A stretch of 63,616 nucleotides of DNA, filler included, from Octopus bimaculoides (Eukaryota): the NCBI RefSeq assembly GCF_001194135.2. It is 6 parts of 6 records of this genome, joined end to end, with 100 filler letters (N's around TTAATTAATTAA, not from the genome) between each part and the next. Parts side by side here need not be neighbours in the genome. Positions count along the whole stretch, not along the records: positions 23,607 to 32,146 come from NC_069001.1; positions 32,247 to 47,910 come from NC_068995.1; 4 more parts are not named here. One strand, given 5' to 3'. Under the pieces are notes generated by a model. The model was given only the letters and a program-made list of their open reading frames with translations, ran no database searches and was not told the origin of the DNA. A program made the position numbers and the translations under genes. Below are positions 25,346 through 39,790 of the stretch, piece after piece (within the stretch, counting starts at the first letter, position 1; each line of letters opens with the position of its first letter).

Positions 25346-26436
25346 AGTGGAAGTATCGGTAAGAAAATCGCGAGTAATAACAACAAAGCAAATAAAATCA
25401 CCACCACAACCACCACCACCACAACCACTACCACCACCACTATGAACTACAATGACAAGAAGAACAAATATGAAAAGGAAACATTCATGGCTTGCTACTC
25501 CTAGCTATACATCTCATTCCTGTCCTAGTGTTTCCCTCCATTCAGTTGCGAAGACATTCTTCTGTATCTCGTCTCTATAATAACTTATTCAAAGCTTGTT
25601 GATACCACTATGTTTGTGGATGTCACTATGTTCCTTAATACCACTAAATTATGCAGTTCTGTCTGAAACGTTGAAACTGCAAAAATCCCGAGTAACACAG
25701 CTAATGAATGGTTAATGTCATTTTATCCTCTGTTTATTCAGTCTATCATTTCTAATCGTTCTTATCATTTGTAATCATTCCTTATTCACACACCGCATGT
25801 GCTCATTATTGAGATCTACATATTCATGTCTACATATTCACAACATTCGTGTCTATATTATTCATGTCTACATATTCACAATATCATGTCTATATTATTC
25901 ATGTCTATATATACAGCAATCTAGCTACTGTTGCATATCTGCATAAATCTGTACGTTTGTATTTGTGCGCTTATATCCAAGCTTGTGTGCGTTAGTTAAC
26001 GTCCATATATCAAGAGTCTCGGCTTTTCTGTGTATGAGTGAATGTAAGACTGTCTGCATGTCTGTTCGTTAATCAGTCAGTCTGCCTGTGTATGAGTAAA
26101 TGTTTGTGCGGTGTGTCGTGGTGTGTTGTGTGTGATTTTCGGTGTGTGTATGCATATCGACGTGTGTATGTGTATGTGTGTGTGTGTGTGTAATTGAGGA
26201 TACTTTTTTCTAATTATATGTGTTGGGGTGGGAGGGGAGAAGGGAGAGTTGAGTGGACGCCTGCATCACTTATATTTCGACACCGCCACAGCCACCACCA
26301 TCCACTTTACTTAGGCATCAACACCATCATCATGATCAGCAGCAGCATCACTATCACTATCATCATCATCATCACCATTTCTATCTCCTGTTTCTCTCTC
26401 TCTCTTTCTTTCTCTCTCTTTCTCTCTCTCTCTCTC

Positions 26437-26481
<45 letters not shown>

Positions 26482-26833
26482 TCCACCACCACTCCACACC
26501 TCACAAGACAGCTGATTCATTAAGTCTTCTGCTTGATTACATAGGTTTGCAATTAGCTAATTAATACGTGGTCACGGAATAAAAACATTGCACCTTTCCT
26601 GCAAAAACATAAGGAGCGGGGGAAGGGAGCCGGTGGGAAGATACGGGGGTTTGGCGGAAGAGTCATCGGTGTTTGGGGGCCGGATTTTGGCGATGGTAAT
26701 GGGAGATGTTATAACAGAACTATTGGCAACAGCAGCAGCAGCAGCAGTAGCAGTAATAGTAGTAGTTGTAGTAGTAGTAGCACCACCACCACCACCATCA
26801 CCACCACCAACAGCAGCAGCACCAGTGGCGGTA

Positions 26834-26900
<67 letters not shown>

Positions 26901-27032
26901 CAACAGTAGTAGTAGTAGTAGTGGTGGTGGTGGTGTTGCTGGTGGTGGTTTTACTAGTAGTAGTGGGAGTAGTAGTAGCAGCAGCAACATCAGTAAGAAT
27001 ACTAACAGCAGCAGCAGTAGCAGCAGTAGTAA

Positions 27033-27082
<50 letters not shown>

Positions 27083-27470
27083 ATGGCGGTGGTGGTGATG
27101 GTGATGGTGGTGGTTGTGGTATTGGGCCTTCTTTCGTTNNNNNNNNNNNNNNNNNNNNNNNNNNNNNNNNNNNNNNNNNNNNNNNNNNNNNNNNNNNNNN
27201 NNNNNNNNNNNNNNNNNNNNNNNNNNNNNNNNNNNNNNNNNNNNNNNNNNNNNNNNNNNNNNNNNNNNNNNNNNNNNNNNNNNNNNNNNNNNNNNNNNNN
27301 NNNNNNNNNNNNNNNNNNNNNNNNNNNNNNNNNNNNNNNNNNNNNNNNNNNNNNNNNNNNNNNNNNNNNNNNNNNNNNNNNNNNNNNNNNNNNNNNNNNN
27401 NNNNNNNNNNNNNNNNNNNNNNNNNNNNNNNNNNNNNNNNNNNNNNNNNNNNNNNNNNNNNNNNNNNNNN

Positions 27471-27507
<37 letters not shown>

Positions 27508-27636
27508 CATGCATATATATATATATATTTATATATATACATATATATATATATGTATGTATGTATGTATGCATGTATGCATGTATGTATGTATGTATAT
27601 ACGACAAGCTTCTTTCAGTTTCCATCTGCCAAATCC

Positions 27637-28075
27637 ATAACTACCAACAGCACCACCATCAGTGATCCCACTGCTACCTCCTCCACCACTACAATGACCA
27701 CCAACACAACCACCACCACCAATACGACGACCACCACCACCACCACTACAACCACTACTACAGCCACCGTAACTAACAACAGCACCACCATCACTGATCT
27801 CATCTCACTATAACCCTACCACTACAACCAGTACTACAACTACCACCACCACCACCACCATAACTACCAACAGCACCACCATCATTGATTCCACTGCTGC
27901 ATCCTCCACCACAACAACCACCACCACCAATACGACGACGACCACCACCACCACTACAACCACTACCACAGCCACCGTAACTAACAACGCCACCACCATC
28001 AATGATCTCATCACAATATAACCCTACCACTACAACCAGCACTACAACTACCACCACCACCTCCACCACCACCAC
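27637..28075. repeat. Two-copy ~210-220-bp tandem repeat built from ACC/ACT/ACG triplets
   Basis: ataactaccaacagcaccaccatc occurs at 27637 and 27860, and taaccctaccactacaaccag occurs at 27811 and 28019. Confidence 0.8.
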
Positions 28076-28199
28076 CACCACCGTCACCCCTACCACAACC
28101 ACCACCACAACCACCACCATTACTAATACCAATATTATTATTTCCGCCGTAACAGAATCCAATTATATTTGCATCTGTCGTCCTGATAGGTTGTTGTCC

Positions 28200-28233
<34 letters not shown>

Positions 28234-28348
28234 GCTGATGCTTGTATTAATAGTTGTTATTGTTCTATAAAATAGCTGTTGTTTTGGTGGTAGTTGAAGT
28301 GGTTGTTGATATATTGATAGTAGCAGTTACTATATTGGTGATTATTGC

Positions 28349-28383
<35 letters not shown>

Positions 28384-29826
28384 CGGCGATGGTTGTGGTG
28401 GCAGCGGTGGTCGTCGTAGCCGTGGTTGTAGTAGAAGTGGTGGTACTGGTGGTGGTTGTTTTAGTTATGGTATAAGTGTTGGTAGTAGTAGTAGTAGTAG
28501 TAGTAGTAATAGTAGTAGTGGTGGTGGTGGTGGTGGTGGTTGCGGTGATGGCCATGCAATGTTTGTTCGTTTAGATTATGTTGGTGACGCAGTCCATGCA
28601 GTGGCTTCTAAGATTCCTTGATTTTAAAGAATAAACCACTGTGTCCAGAGAGGATTTGTGAGATTCACTGTTTCTGCTCCTCAACACCGTTTGTTGTTGT
28701 TAGTGCAGTTATTGTTGTTGTTTGCTGAGAACATTTCAGTTTCACAGTTCTCTTCAAAAAATAGAATTTTCTAGAAACACCTCACAAAAGAAGTCATTTT
28801 GTTGTGTTTTGTTTTGTTTTGTTACTTTGACCAATAAATGGCTTCATGACATTTTGGCGTCTAACCCATCTACCTGAGCCAAAAGAAAAGGTTCATCCTC
28901 AAATATTATTGTATACACATTTTCCAAACATCTGTGTTGATTTCTTTCAAGATAGTTTACTCTAGAAAAACGGGAGGAGGTGCTATCCACAAACGTAGTA
29001 ATAACGAATACTTCTTCTAAAGTTTTGAAACAGCTTTCATCTATCTTTAAAAAGAAAAGATAAACAGAGAAAAATGACAGTGAAATAACCGCTATATTTA
29101 TAAAGGCAGAACATCACGCATTTACACCAGCGCTATTGTGTAAATGTGCTATTTCCGCCTACATCTTTTATATATAAAAATTTGATTTGCATAGATCTCT
29201 AATCTTTTCTCAACCAATATATATATATATACCATATTGTACAGATGGATATATTTTGACGCTTTTTAAAATAGATCCTTTCAAAAATATATTAAATTTA
29301 ATGACATGCAACTTATTCCTTATGATAAGATTTTATGGTGTTAGATTGTCGACACAGTTCGGCTCCTAAGTTATCAATAATAACAGCAAATAAAAGCAAA
29401 ATCCGAAGATCTTTGCTAAATGGTCATTGACAATAAGTATTCAGTAAAGTTTAAAATTTCAATAATTATTTTACTGTGGAGGGACGTAAGTAATGTTGGT
29501 TTGAACGAAGCTCTTTTTCAGAATGAGAAAATTTAAGCTGGTTAGGATAGCAACGAACAAATATGCAATTGAATAATGTATTGCAACGGAGAAAAGAGAT
29601 AGAAGAATCTCACCAGCAGTGAAGAAAGACATTTAAACTATGAGTTGTTAAAGAGAAAAGAAATAGAAAGGACTCTAGCGATGAAAGAACTTTAACATGT
29701 TAAGAAAAGAAACTGACAGAAGAGCCTCAGTAATCAGAAAAGGAAATGGATAAGCTCATGTGACGTGGAGAGGGGTGAATAGCGTGCAACGTATGGAGAA
29801 AATTCTGAACCGATTTGTTAACTTAC

Positions 29827-29935
29827 CATTAGGAACTAAGGGTAGATTAAAGTTCAAGTGACTGAGATTTCGAAGGTGGGACCAGACAGTACAAGGCAGC
29901 TCTTTCCGTGAGTTGTAAAACAGAGCTCCGAATGC
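29827..29935 (-). other. Candidate spliced exon (probably 5' UTR or non-coding) of an unidentified minus-strand transcript
   Basis: On the minus strand, a TTACGCAG acceptor precedes 29935 and the block ends ATG|GTAAGT at 29827. It is unique sequence with no recognisable protein homology. Confidence 0.3.
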
Positions 29936-30957
29936 CTGCGTAAATTGTAAATTTGCACATCGGCCAGTAATAAAGAAACGTGTTAGAACAATGTTGTCAT
30001 AGAGAAAAGGGGAGAGAAGGATCTTGTACAGAAATGAAGAAACAAATCGAGAGGACTATATGTTGCGATAGGAAACGGATATAGAAAGAGTGTCGACGAA
30101 GAAAGACTAAGGTTTATTATGCTAGAAAAGAAGAGCTGAGGTCTAACTCTCGGGGAGAGAGAGAGAGAGAGAGAGGGAGAGACAGCGAGAGAGCGACATT
30201 TCAACGGTTTCGGAAAGCGCTGAATAAATCGGTTTAGAATTTACTCCGAACGCCACTCACAACTCGCGTCTCTCCACGTCACATGAGTTTATTCAAATTT
30301 GCAGATTTTATCATCAACAATACAAGTTCGATTTATCTTTTTTATTTTTTTCAGTTTTATATTTGCAGCTGCTGGAGAGAAAAAAAAATAATAAGACTTC
30401 ACTAATACAGCCATGTTGACCTTTAATATAGGAAATAATTTGGTAATTTCGATCTTGCTTTATGGATAGCACAGACTGTTTGTTGTTTAGTCAAGAATTA
30501 ATTCGATTTTTTCTTTTTATTGTATTCGATCTTCAGAAAATAATTTGGATAATTCCGATTGAGTTTCATGTATTGCAAAAGACTCTTTGTTGTTCAGTCT
30601 GAATTAATTCGTAATTTATGATTGCATTCGATCTTCTTGGTTTATTGTAAATTTAATTTCCAACACACATACGTCACACTATTTTATGAAATTCGTCATA
30701 CATCTGACTGTTTTCCAATTGTTGGCTATCGTGTTTTCTACACATTTCATCTATTCCAATGAAATATAACTGCATCAATGGCTTTTGTCTGAGATATTAT
30801 CTCAGAAACAGTGTTCTGCGCGTTGTAGTCCGCGAAGTAAGCTTCTGATAAACCGAGAATGTACACAACTCCATCTGGTTAAGAAGCCCGCTTTAAAATC
30901 ATGTGATTGCGTTCGATCCCAATGTGCGGAATATTAAACAACTGTGTTGTATCTAGG

Positions 30958-31350
30958 GCTGGAGGCACAATGGCCCAGTGGTTAGGGCAGCGGACTCGCG
31001 GTCGTAGGATTGCGGTTTCGATTCCCAGACCGGGCGTTGTGAGTGTTTATTGAGCGAAAATACCTAAAAGCTCCACGAGGCTCCGGCAGGGGATGGTGGC
31101 GAACCCTCCTGTACTCTCTCACCACAACTTTCTCTCACTCTAACTTCCTGTTTCTGTTGTGCCTGTAATTCAAAGGGTCAGCCTTGTCACACTCTGTGTC
31201 ACGCTGAATATCCCGGAGAACTACGTTAAGGGTACACGTGTGTCTGTGGAGTGCTCAGCCACTTGCACGTTAATTTCACGAGCAGGCTGTTCCGTTGATC
31301 GGATCGACTGGAACCCTCGACGTCGTAAGTGACGGAGTGCCAGCAACAAA
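30958..31350 (+). mobile_element. tRNA-derived SINE (third family)
   Basis: A box tggcccagtggttagg and B box ggtttcgattccc, followed by a ~300-bp body ending gacggagtgccagcaacaa. Confidence 0.8.
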
Positions 31351-31474
31351 TGTATCTAGGGATCGACCCAAGACTAGTGACTGGAATTTGTACAAGTGAA
31401 AACTGTGTGGAAGACCATCACAAACATTGTATTTGCTCTACGATAGTAGATTGGACCCATCGCTCTGTTCAGCA

Positions 31475-31842
31475 CAACGGTTTCTCAATCGGGTTCCATG
31501 TAGATCCACGTGTGTCCACATAAAACTTTGGAGGTCCATACAAGCAAAGTAGTAAATTTGGTACCCACAATAGTATTTCAAGGGGTCATGAAAATCTTTG
31601 ACTTCAGATGTCTCTATTGCAAGAAACAGCGACATTTCTTTCTCTAACATTTTACACAGGCCAACATACAGAAGTCATTGGATGAACAGCAAAATAGGAA
31701 TTTTGAAAGTATTCATATCTATGTAACTAGTTTTGAAGCATTGAATGGTTATGGGGGTTCAACAGAGTAAAATAGTAATCAAAGGGTCTATAAGGGTCCA
31801 AATGGTTGAAAACCGAAGGGTCCAATTGGTTGAAAACCACTG
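31475..31842. mobile_element. hAT (Charlie-like) MITE
   Basis: Right TIR is ggttgaaaaccactg and the degenerate left TIR is caacggtttctcaatc. Imperfect 8-bp flanks are gttcagca and gtttaata. The right terminal 21 bp are duplicated. Confidence 0.5.
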
Positions 31843-31884
31843 GTTTAATATTATCTTCAATGTAAGGATATCAAATTCGTCCTT

Positions 31885-32410
31885 GTATTCTTTTTTACTC
31901 TTTTACTTGTTTCAGTCATTTGACTGCGGCCATGCTGGAGCACCGCCTTTAGTCAAGCAAATCGACCCCAGGACTTTTTCTTTGGAAGCCTAGTAATTAT
32001 TCTATCGGTCTCACTTTTGCCGAACCGCTAGGTTACGGGGACGTAAACACACCAGCATCGGTTGTCAAGCGGTATTGGGGGACAAACACAAACACACAAA
32101 CATATGCACACAAACATATACACACATACATATATATATATATATANNNNNNNNNNNNNNNNNNNNNNNNNNNNNNNNNNNNNNNNNNNNTTAATTAATT
32201 AANNNNNNNNNNNNNNNNNNNNNNNNNNNNNNNNNNNNNNNNNNNNATATATATACATATATACGATGGGCTTCTTTCAGTTTCCGTCTACCAAATCCAC
32301 TCACAAGAGCATTGTAGAAGACACATACCTAAGATGCCACGCAGTGGGAAAGAACCCGGAACCATGTGGCTGGTAAGCAAGCTACTTACCACACAGCCAT
32401 TCCTGCGCCT
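31885..32410 (-). mobile_element. Dimeric SINE family copy spanning a gap
   Basis: ttttactcttttacttgtttcagtcatttgactgcggccatgctggagcaccgcc... to ...ctacttaccacacagccattcctgcgcc. Confidence 0.85.
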
Positions 32411-35400
32411 ATATGTGTGCTTATATATATATAAAGCTCTATATGAATATTGGTAAATTTGATGCTTTCATCGTGGACAACATGAATGCAACTAAAATGA
32501 AATGTCTTAAGTAGATAACCCTTATCCCATTTCCACTTGGCTCATTATAAAGTAACCATTTGCTCAAGTTAACTGCTCACTCTTACCATTCGTATTTGAA
32601 TGACGATATTTGATGGCAAACAAACTTGGTCCCCATGATGTTTCATTATTATTTTAAAGATATGTCTGTAATGTGTCTGGAAAGCATATCGGTATATCAT
32701 GCTTGACCATACATCTTAAACTTTGTCACTATTTTAATTTTGTATTCTCCTGTCAGACATGTTATGCCATGTAGTCAGTTCAAAAGCCTGAATAGATGGG
32801 AGACCACATTGGTGTTGTTGATCGCAAAAAATAACGAAACTTTAATAAACACAAGATGTAGGAAGCCATATTTCTCATATTTATTGATGTGAATTTTAGT
32901 TACATGAAACGATAAGTTAGTCGTATTAATGGAACAACCTCAGCTAATATTCACTACGATTTATTTAAATTGATATTCTAATAACATAATAGCACTTCTC
33001 CTTGAACTAACACTCTATATCAAGTATTTAAAATTTCCCGAATGTAAAATCAAAGAACTGATAGATTCCTATGAGACAATACTTCACATTAGAAACTTTT
33101 ACTTTTATGACATGTCTGCAACATAGCACAATTCTACACCATTTATTATATTGTTACCTTAATAACTTGCATTAGATTTTCATTTTCATTCTGGTATATT
33201 ACATATTTCTTAGAATGAAACATTGAACTGTAAAATGTGAACGCATTAATAGTTTTCACTTTGGAGGCAATATGTACTTTAAATACAATGTTTAATCTTC
33301 ATGGAAACGATTTGGTAATAACGTATCGATATTATTTTTCGTTTTGTGGTCGGTTTTCTCCTTTATTCTAATGTAAACTACGTTAATTTTAACTGATTAT
33401 TTTGTAACAAATTTAATATGAGAAATGTAATGAAATTCACAAGGGGCAGCTTCATAGTAGAAATGATGGGTGGTAAATTAGTATTATATTTATACAGGTA
33501 ATGTGTTCAAATCTGAACAAAATGGGTGAATGATCCGGTTTGCAATCTCGGCAGAGAAATGTTATCCCTTGTCAAAGTGCATACTAACATCTCTATAATT
33601 TAAAAAAAAAGCATTCATTCGAAAACTTGTAGTCTCAGGATATATTTCACATATGAATAAGGTAATATGATAGAATTCAAGGAAAGTGGTTATGATCGGC
33701 ATAATTAAATTCTAACGGTAAGTTTTTAACCCATGGAGTGGTCTCTTCATAGTATCTAGGAAAGTTCGCCTTATATTTTGGTTAGGACACTTTGACTAAT
33801 TGTTTGATTTAGATCGAGACAAGTTCACTCTTATTAAAGATGTATAATTTAACTTGTGACTCTAAAACTCATTTTTGTTTTCGCCGTACTCAGTTACTTA
33901 TTCGAATGTTCCTATGCTTTTGAGTACATAAATATGGTTAATGCAGCTAAAGATACACTACTATACATATTGAAGAATTTTTATTTAATGAGCCGAACGT
34001 CGTCACTTTGATAGCTATCAAAATTACTAAATGTTACACATCTAACGCGTGAGCAGCAATTTTACGCGTAGAACAGCAATGCAGAGTCGCTGTGTACATA
34101 TATGCATTGGCTCTATGGGTCAATATCATATGTATATTTATAGACCTGTCCAGTAGTGACAGAGTTTGTATAGCAATGAGAACTTGGTGGTAATCTTCGA
34201 ACGAGAAGTTAGCTAAGCCATACTTACACATGCATGGGTTGAGTTGGAAATGATTTTCTATGATTGTGTTGGGTATTGCAAGTTGCACAGTCTACAATGT
34301 CTAAAATTTGCATTACCGTAAATTGCTACTATTGTTATATCTCGATAGATTTTCCTTTACCTTAGATTTTTATTCCATTTTGGTAATGCAGCGTGGAAAG
34401 TGGAGTTCAGATTCGTGTGGATTATATGTAGCGTGTATTAGATATTTACGTGAATTAATGTGGCTCTAAATCGGATATTAACTCTTGTTACAATTAGAAT
34501 GTTTCCATGCGTTGCATATTCTTATCTCTCATTTCTATGAATTCAACATTATTTTCACTTTTTTTCTCATGGTGTCAACAACATCAATCCAATTTGTGTA
34601 CTGACACCTACATAAATTAGGCATCTCCTTGTTATATGCATAAAGCAGCAAGCTTCATTTATCATATCAATCTGATCTTTATGCCTTTAATTTCTTCCTC
34701 CAATGGCAGACGCAGGCTCATCTTCACCTGCCCGTTTCTTTTATATCCTTTCCAGAAGAGTCTAATGAACAAATCATTGCACTCCCAAGCATAAACATTA
34801 CCTTTTGTTTAAAGCCATACAGATCAGTTTGTACAAATATTACTATATATAACCAAAATTTTAAATTGATATTAATGCTTCTCTTACTTAGAATTGACGT
34901 ATGCGTTCGAATATAGTGCCTTTTTGTGCCAGTTCCACTGTTCGCATCACTATATTTCTCTCGTTATATAATTCTGGTAGGAGAAAATATCCACATCTTC
35001 ATCATATCATGATATTGGTATTAGTACTGTGTTAATTAGAAAATTTATTGCGCACCAGGTAATCTGAGATTTGTGAATTCGATTTCTCATCTATGGCGTC
35101 AATATTTAATTTCGCACGTCCCGAGCTGAATATTGAGATCAATTTTCAATAGATGAACACATTTGTACTCAATTTACAGCACTCTTTTTCTTTCTAAGTC
35201 GCCATCATTTAGATATAGCTTAATTGGAGTATCTGATATATTTTGGACTTTGCTTCACACAGATCGAACCAAATAATCATCCACTGTAAATAAAGATATT
35301 TCGAATGTGACAAGACAGTGCAGACTCCATGTATATTTTGAAAACAATGCCCTAATTAGCTTACATTGTTAAACACACCTAGATGTTAAACTTGGGAAGC

Positions 35401-36084
35401 TTGTCTACTATTTCAAAAAAACGTGGAGCGTATACTTGGGTTTTAAGCTGATTATATCTGAACGGACAAATGATATTTTCTTATAAAACTTTAGGTTTAT
35501 AAGATTAAATAAAATAGACAAGTAGAAACACTAAATGCATTTCGACTTTAATCTACTTTACATACGGCTTCAAACATTAATAGCATAAACAGTTACTCCG
35601 CAACAAAATCACTACACAGCTGTGACCGCTGTGCAAATACTTAGACGGAGGTGATAAATGACGCACACAGACCTATGTGTTCCTACGCGATTATGCACCT
35701 GTGCACGTGTATATATGCATATGTATATATATATACATGTATATACATATATATGAATATATGTATATATAGAAATATATATATATATANNNNNNNNNNN
35801 NNNNNNNNNNNNNNNNNNNNNNNNNNNNNNNNNNNNNNNNNNNNNNNNNNNNNNNNNNNNNNNNNNNNNNNNNNNNNNNNNNNNNNNNNNNNNNNNNNNN
35901 NNNNNNNNNNNNNNNNNNNNNNNNNNNNNNNNNNNNNNNNNNNNNNNNNNNNNNNNNNNNNNNNNNNNNNNNNNNNNNNNNNNNNNNNNNNNNNNNNNNN
36001 NNNNNNNNNNNNNNNNNNNNNNNNNNNNNNNNNNNNNNNNNNNNNNNNNNNNNNNNNNNNNNNNNNNNNNNTATATATATATAC

Positions 36085-36119
<35 letters not shown>

Positions 36120-39100
36120 TATGCATATATATATATATATATATATAGGCACGCGCAAGCACAAATATTAACTCACGTACGCACACACAAACACACATAC
36201 AGAGATGAAACGGGGAACAGGGACAGATAGTGTGTAATAGAACAGACCGATGTCTGCTACTCAATAGTTCATGCATCTTCCAAATAATTGCCTAATTTAC
36301 ATCATATGCCATCACATCAGCCATTATTTATTATTGTATTATCAATTCCTGAGCTGTTTTAAAGAAGGCAGTGAATTTATAACTTCCTGTCGTTCTATAT
36401 ACATCTTCTTGTATGTAGAACGACAACGGATCATACAGCACACTTAATAAATTTCATTAAATCAATTTAATAGTATGATATATTTTATGTATCAACGTAT
36501 GTATATATAAATATTTATCTACTTATGTGTCTGCGAATCTCCGTTACATCGTACGTTTCGTTTTGATTACTAAAATTACTTTAAAAAGTAAAATGTTAAC
36601 TGCATTATATAAACAAATTATGCATACAAATTATATATTCAGCAATTTGCAATGAATGCTCTTGTTGGTGATTTGACTACTGTGTACTTGCAAGTACAAA
36701 CACATCTGGTTTCATCTCTACAGTGATACACATTTAAACACATGAACATTTCGTATTTGCGTGCTTTGTATATTATTTAGAGATCTAAGCTCTCAGGATA
36801 GCACTGAAGATGATGGTTTCAGCATATAGAATTTATGTGTTGTAGAGAATCTAATTTGTAGTTACGACTCAAATTCATCAACTGGATTATCGTTATCTTC
36901 ACAGTTTATTAAGTTTTCGTGCAGTAAATCATTTTTACAAATTTTAATAAGCACAGAATGTCGTTTCAGTTTAAAGTATCTTCTCGTCAACCATTATATC
37001 TATCATTTCTTTCATATACAAACATACACAAACGTATTTTGCAACGGAAGCATCAGTTTTCGGTTAGCGAGCACGTCTTTTCCTGTGAACACATTTGCCT
37101 CGGAACATTCGTATCGATTTAATCTCATCATGTTTCGTAAGTCTTAGGAAAAGAATATTTCCTAAGTGGGCAATTAAAGGACCCTAACTGAGTGCAGGGC
37201 TTGCTTGAAAATAGCTCCCTCCTGGTTATAAAGAAATACAAATTGCTCGTAATTAACTGAATAGGCATATCTAGCATTTTGCTGCAAAATATAGATAATA
37301 AGGTCGTTACTTATTCATTAACAAGGATATGAACCACGCATGCAATATATCCGAGTTATTACATGGCCCGCATGGTAAACACGACGTTTCGTAAATGTAA
37401 TATTCTCTAGACTTGGGGTGGCCAATATTGTATCAATAAAACATAGGTACACAAAAACTCAATAGATTCACATCGGATAGAACATACCTGTAAATTATGG
37501 TTACAAATTTATAACACACAATGTCAAATAGATCCTGTCTGAGGATTAAATTAAATGTCCACTTGTGTGTGGAATATTCAGTCCTTGTCTCACAATTGAA
37601 TCTATATCTTTATAAACTCTCACGTCCTAGGCCCTTTGTATTGGCCATTTCTCTCTAACCGATATCTTCCTTTTATGACACTTTCAAAAGGACTGTCTTC
37701 CTTTTCTGTTGAAAGATGCTTTTGTTGATGTTTTCTCAATGTGTTTAGCGAATAAGTAGGAGGTACATTGCATATGTAATTACGTGAGTATATCTGATAT
37801 ATCTATATTTGTACACATGTGTGCATGTAGGGAAGTATATATTGAACGAGTAAAATTTCTAATTCCCAAAATTTATTCATGTATAACGGTGGAATTCAGA
37901 CCATGTTAGGGACTTTTTAGACGTTTACAAACATATTTAATTAATAGTGTGAGTATAGAACTAATTTCTGCGAAGAAAGAAGATACATTTCCGTCATATA
38001 TAAATTTTTCTATGTCACATAAATTTGCTCTTTGGTTTACACACCTATTTCAACTTAGTATTAACTTTTCTGTCTTAAATTGCTAACTCGGTTTCAACAA
38101 AGGGTAACTATATCAACAGAAAAAAAAAAAAACATTGCAAAACTAGACGTCTCCTTAACTTATAATTATACTAATCCCTAATCTTTCGACGTAACCTTAC
38201 ATACACTTTTCATGTTCCTGCAAACATATGGTGTAATTAACACTTTTCGGTTATGGCATGGTGGGATTTTCCGCTATAAGCTTTTACAGAAATATACATG
38301 TGTATATTGTGTGTACGCGTATTTCCGTTCGTGAGTATCTGTACTCAAGTGTGTGCAATTTTGTAATCGCCAGTATATGTTGGTACGCTGGTTTGTGTAC
38401 ATATTTTATGCGTCTGTATCTGTTACTATATAAATCTATTAATACACATAACAACGCAGAACATATAAAAATAAGCAATCGCTTAGTCAAAGACTATGCT
38501 ATAAGCATACATTATATTATGCATATATTACGCATTAAATCACACACGATCTTTAAGTATACAAGCATGCATTTACACACACATAATACATACATGCATA
38601 CATACATACATATATGCATGTATATGCATATATAATTGTATNNNNNNNNNNTATATATATATATATATATACATATATATATACTTATATATATATACGT
38701 ATATATATATGTATCTATATATGTATATATGATTATATATCTACTTATATATATGTGGATATGCTGGCTGTGAAAAGTTATCTATTGTAATGTTTGATGT
38801 TGTCCAGACCGAACACAGATCGAATATATTGATCGAAAATCGATAGATGTTCAATGTGCTTCATATTTGTGTACCAGAATTTAGAAAGAAACGCACTTTT
38901 GATTTCTCTTCTAGACTTCATTCAGCTATACATTTTCACTGTTCTACCTCTTTTCTTTATTCATCTATACGAATAACAAGCGCCTATTCAGTTGTTTCTT
39001 TTCTCTAAACGCATAGTTAGAAGTTGGCAAAGTGAAGCGCTTTAATGCATTTGCGAGCGTCCACACACACAATACCCCGATGTACAAACTCTGCCTCTCT

Positions 39101-39689
39101 CTCTGTCTCTCTCGTTATATATATACATGTGTGTGCGTGTGTTTGTGTATATATATATATATANNNNNNNNNNTGTGTGTATATCCATACACGTAAGCTA
39201 TTTGTAATGCTAATTAATTTACATATACAAAGATATGCATACGTATGTGCATATGCGTATTCATTTGAGTTTTGTCTATTGACAACTCATTTAGTTGTTC
39301 TCATTCGTTCTTTTTCATAGACTCTGCATCACTTTTCCCTTTCTATCACTGACAAAACCATAATAACTGAATCGATAACCTGTGGGATTTGTATGAAATA
39401 TTCTTGTTTAAACACAATAGATCTCCTGTTTCGTACAGTCCACTTGAAGCCTTGATTATTATTATTCTTTTTTCTTTCTTTATAAATCTACATCATATTG
39501 CTCTTTTTTCGTTTCGATTTATTTTTCATCATCAATGAAATAATCGATTATCTATTCAATTATGAAACTGTGTAATCAGTCTTATTACATAAGAAACATA
39601 TATTAGCAAAATATCGCTGAATGAGTCGAGATCACATGAGACAAAGTTCTAGCATTTTCTTTGCTAGTATAGCTAAGTTTAAAAGACGA

Positions 39690-39790
39690 TTTTTTGTTAA
39701 TATAGTTAACTTTAAAACACGCTTATTTATTAGTATAATTAACTTTAAAACAGACTTATGTGTTAGTATAGTTAACTTTATAAGATGCTT
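39690..39790. repeat. ~35-bp tandem repeat, about 3 copies
   Basis: tagttaactttaaaacacgcttatttattagta / taattaactttaaaacagacttatgtgttagta / tagttaactttataaga. Confidence 0.7.

Noticed and set aside
27795-28012. TGATCTCA (bantam 8-mer site; TGAGATCATTG on the minus strand) in the tandem repeat
   Set aside because: The match stops at 11 nt, there is no precursor hairpin, and the same 8-mer occurs elsewhere (about 58131) by chance or within repeats.
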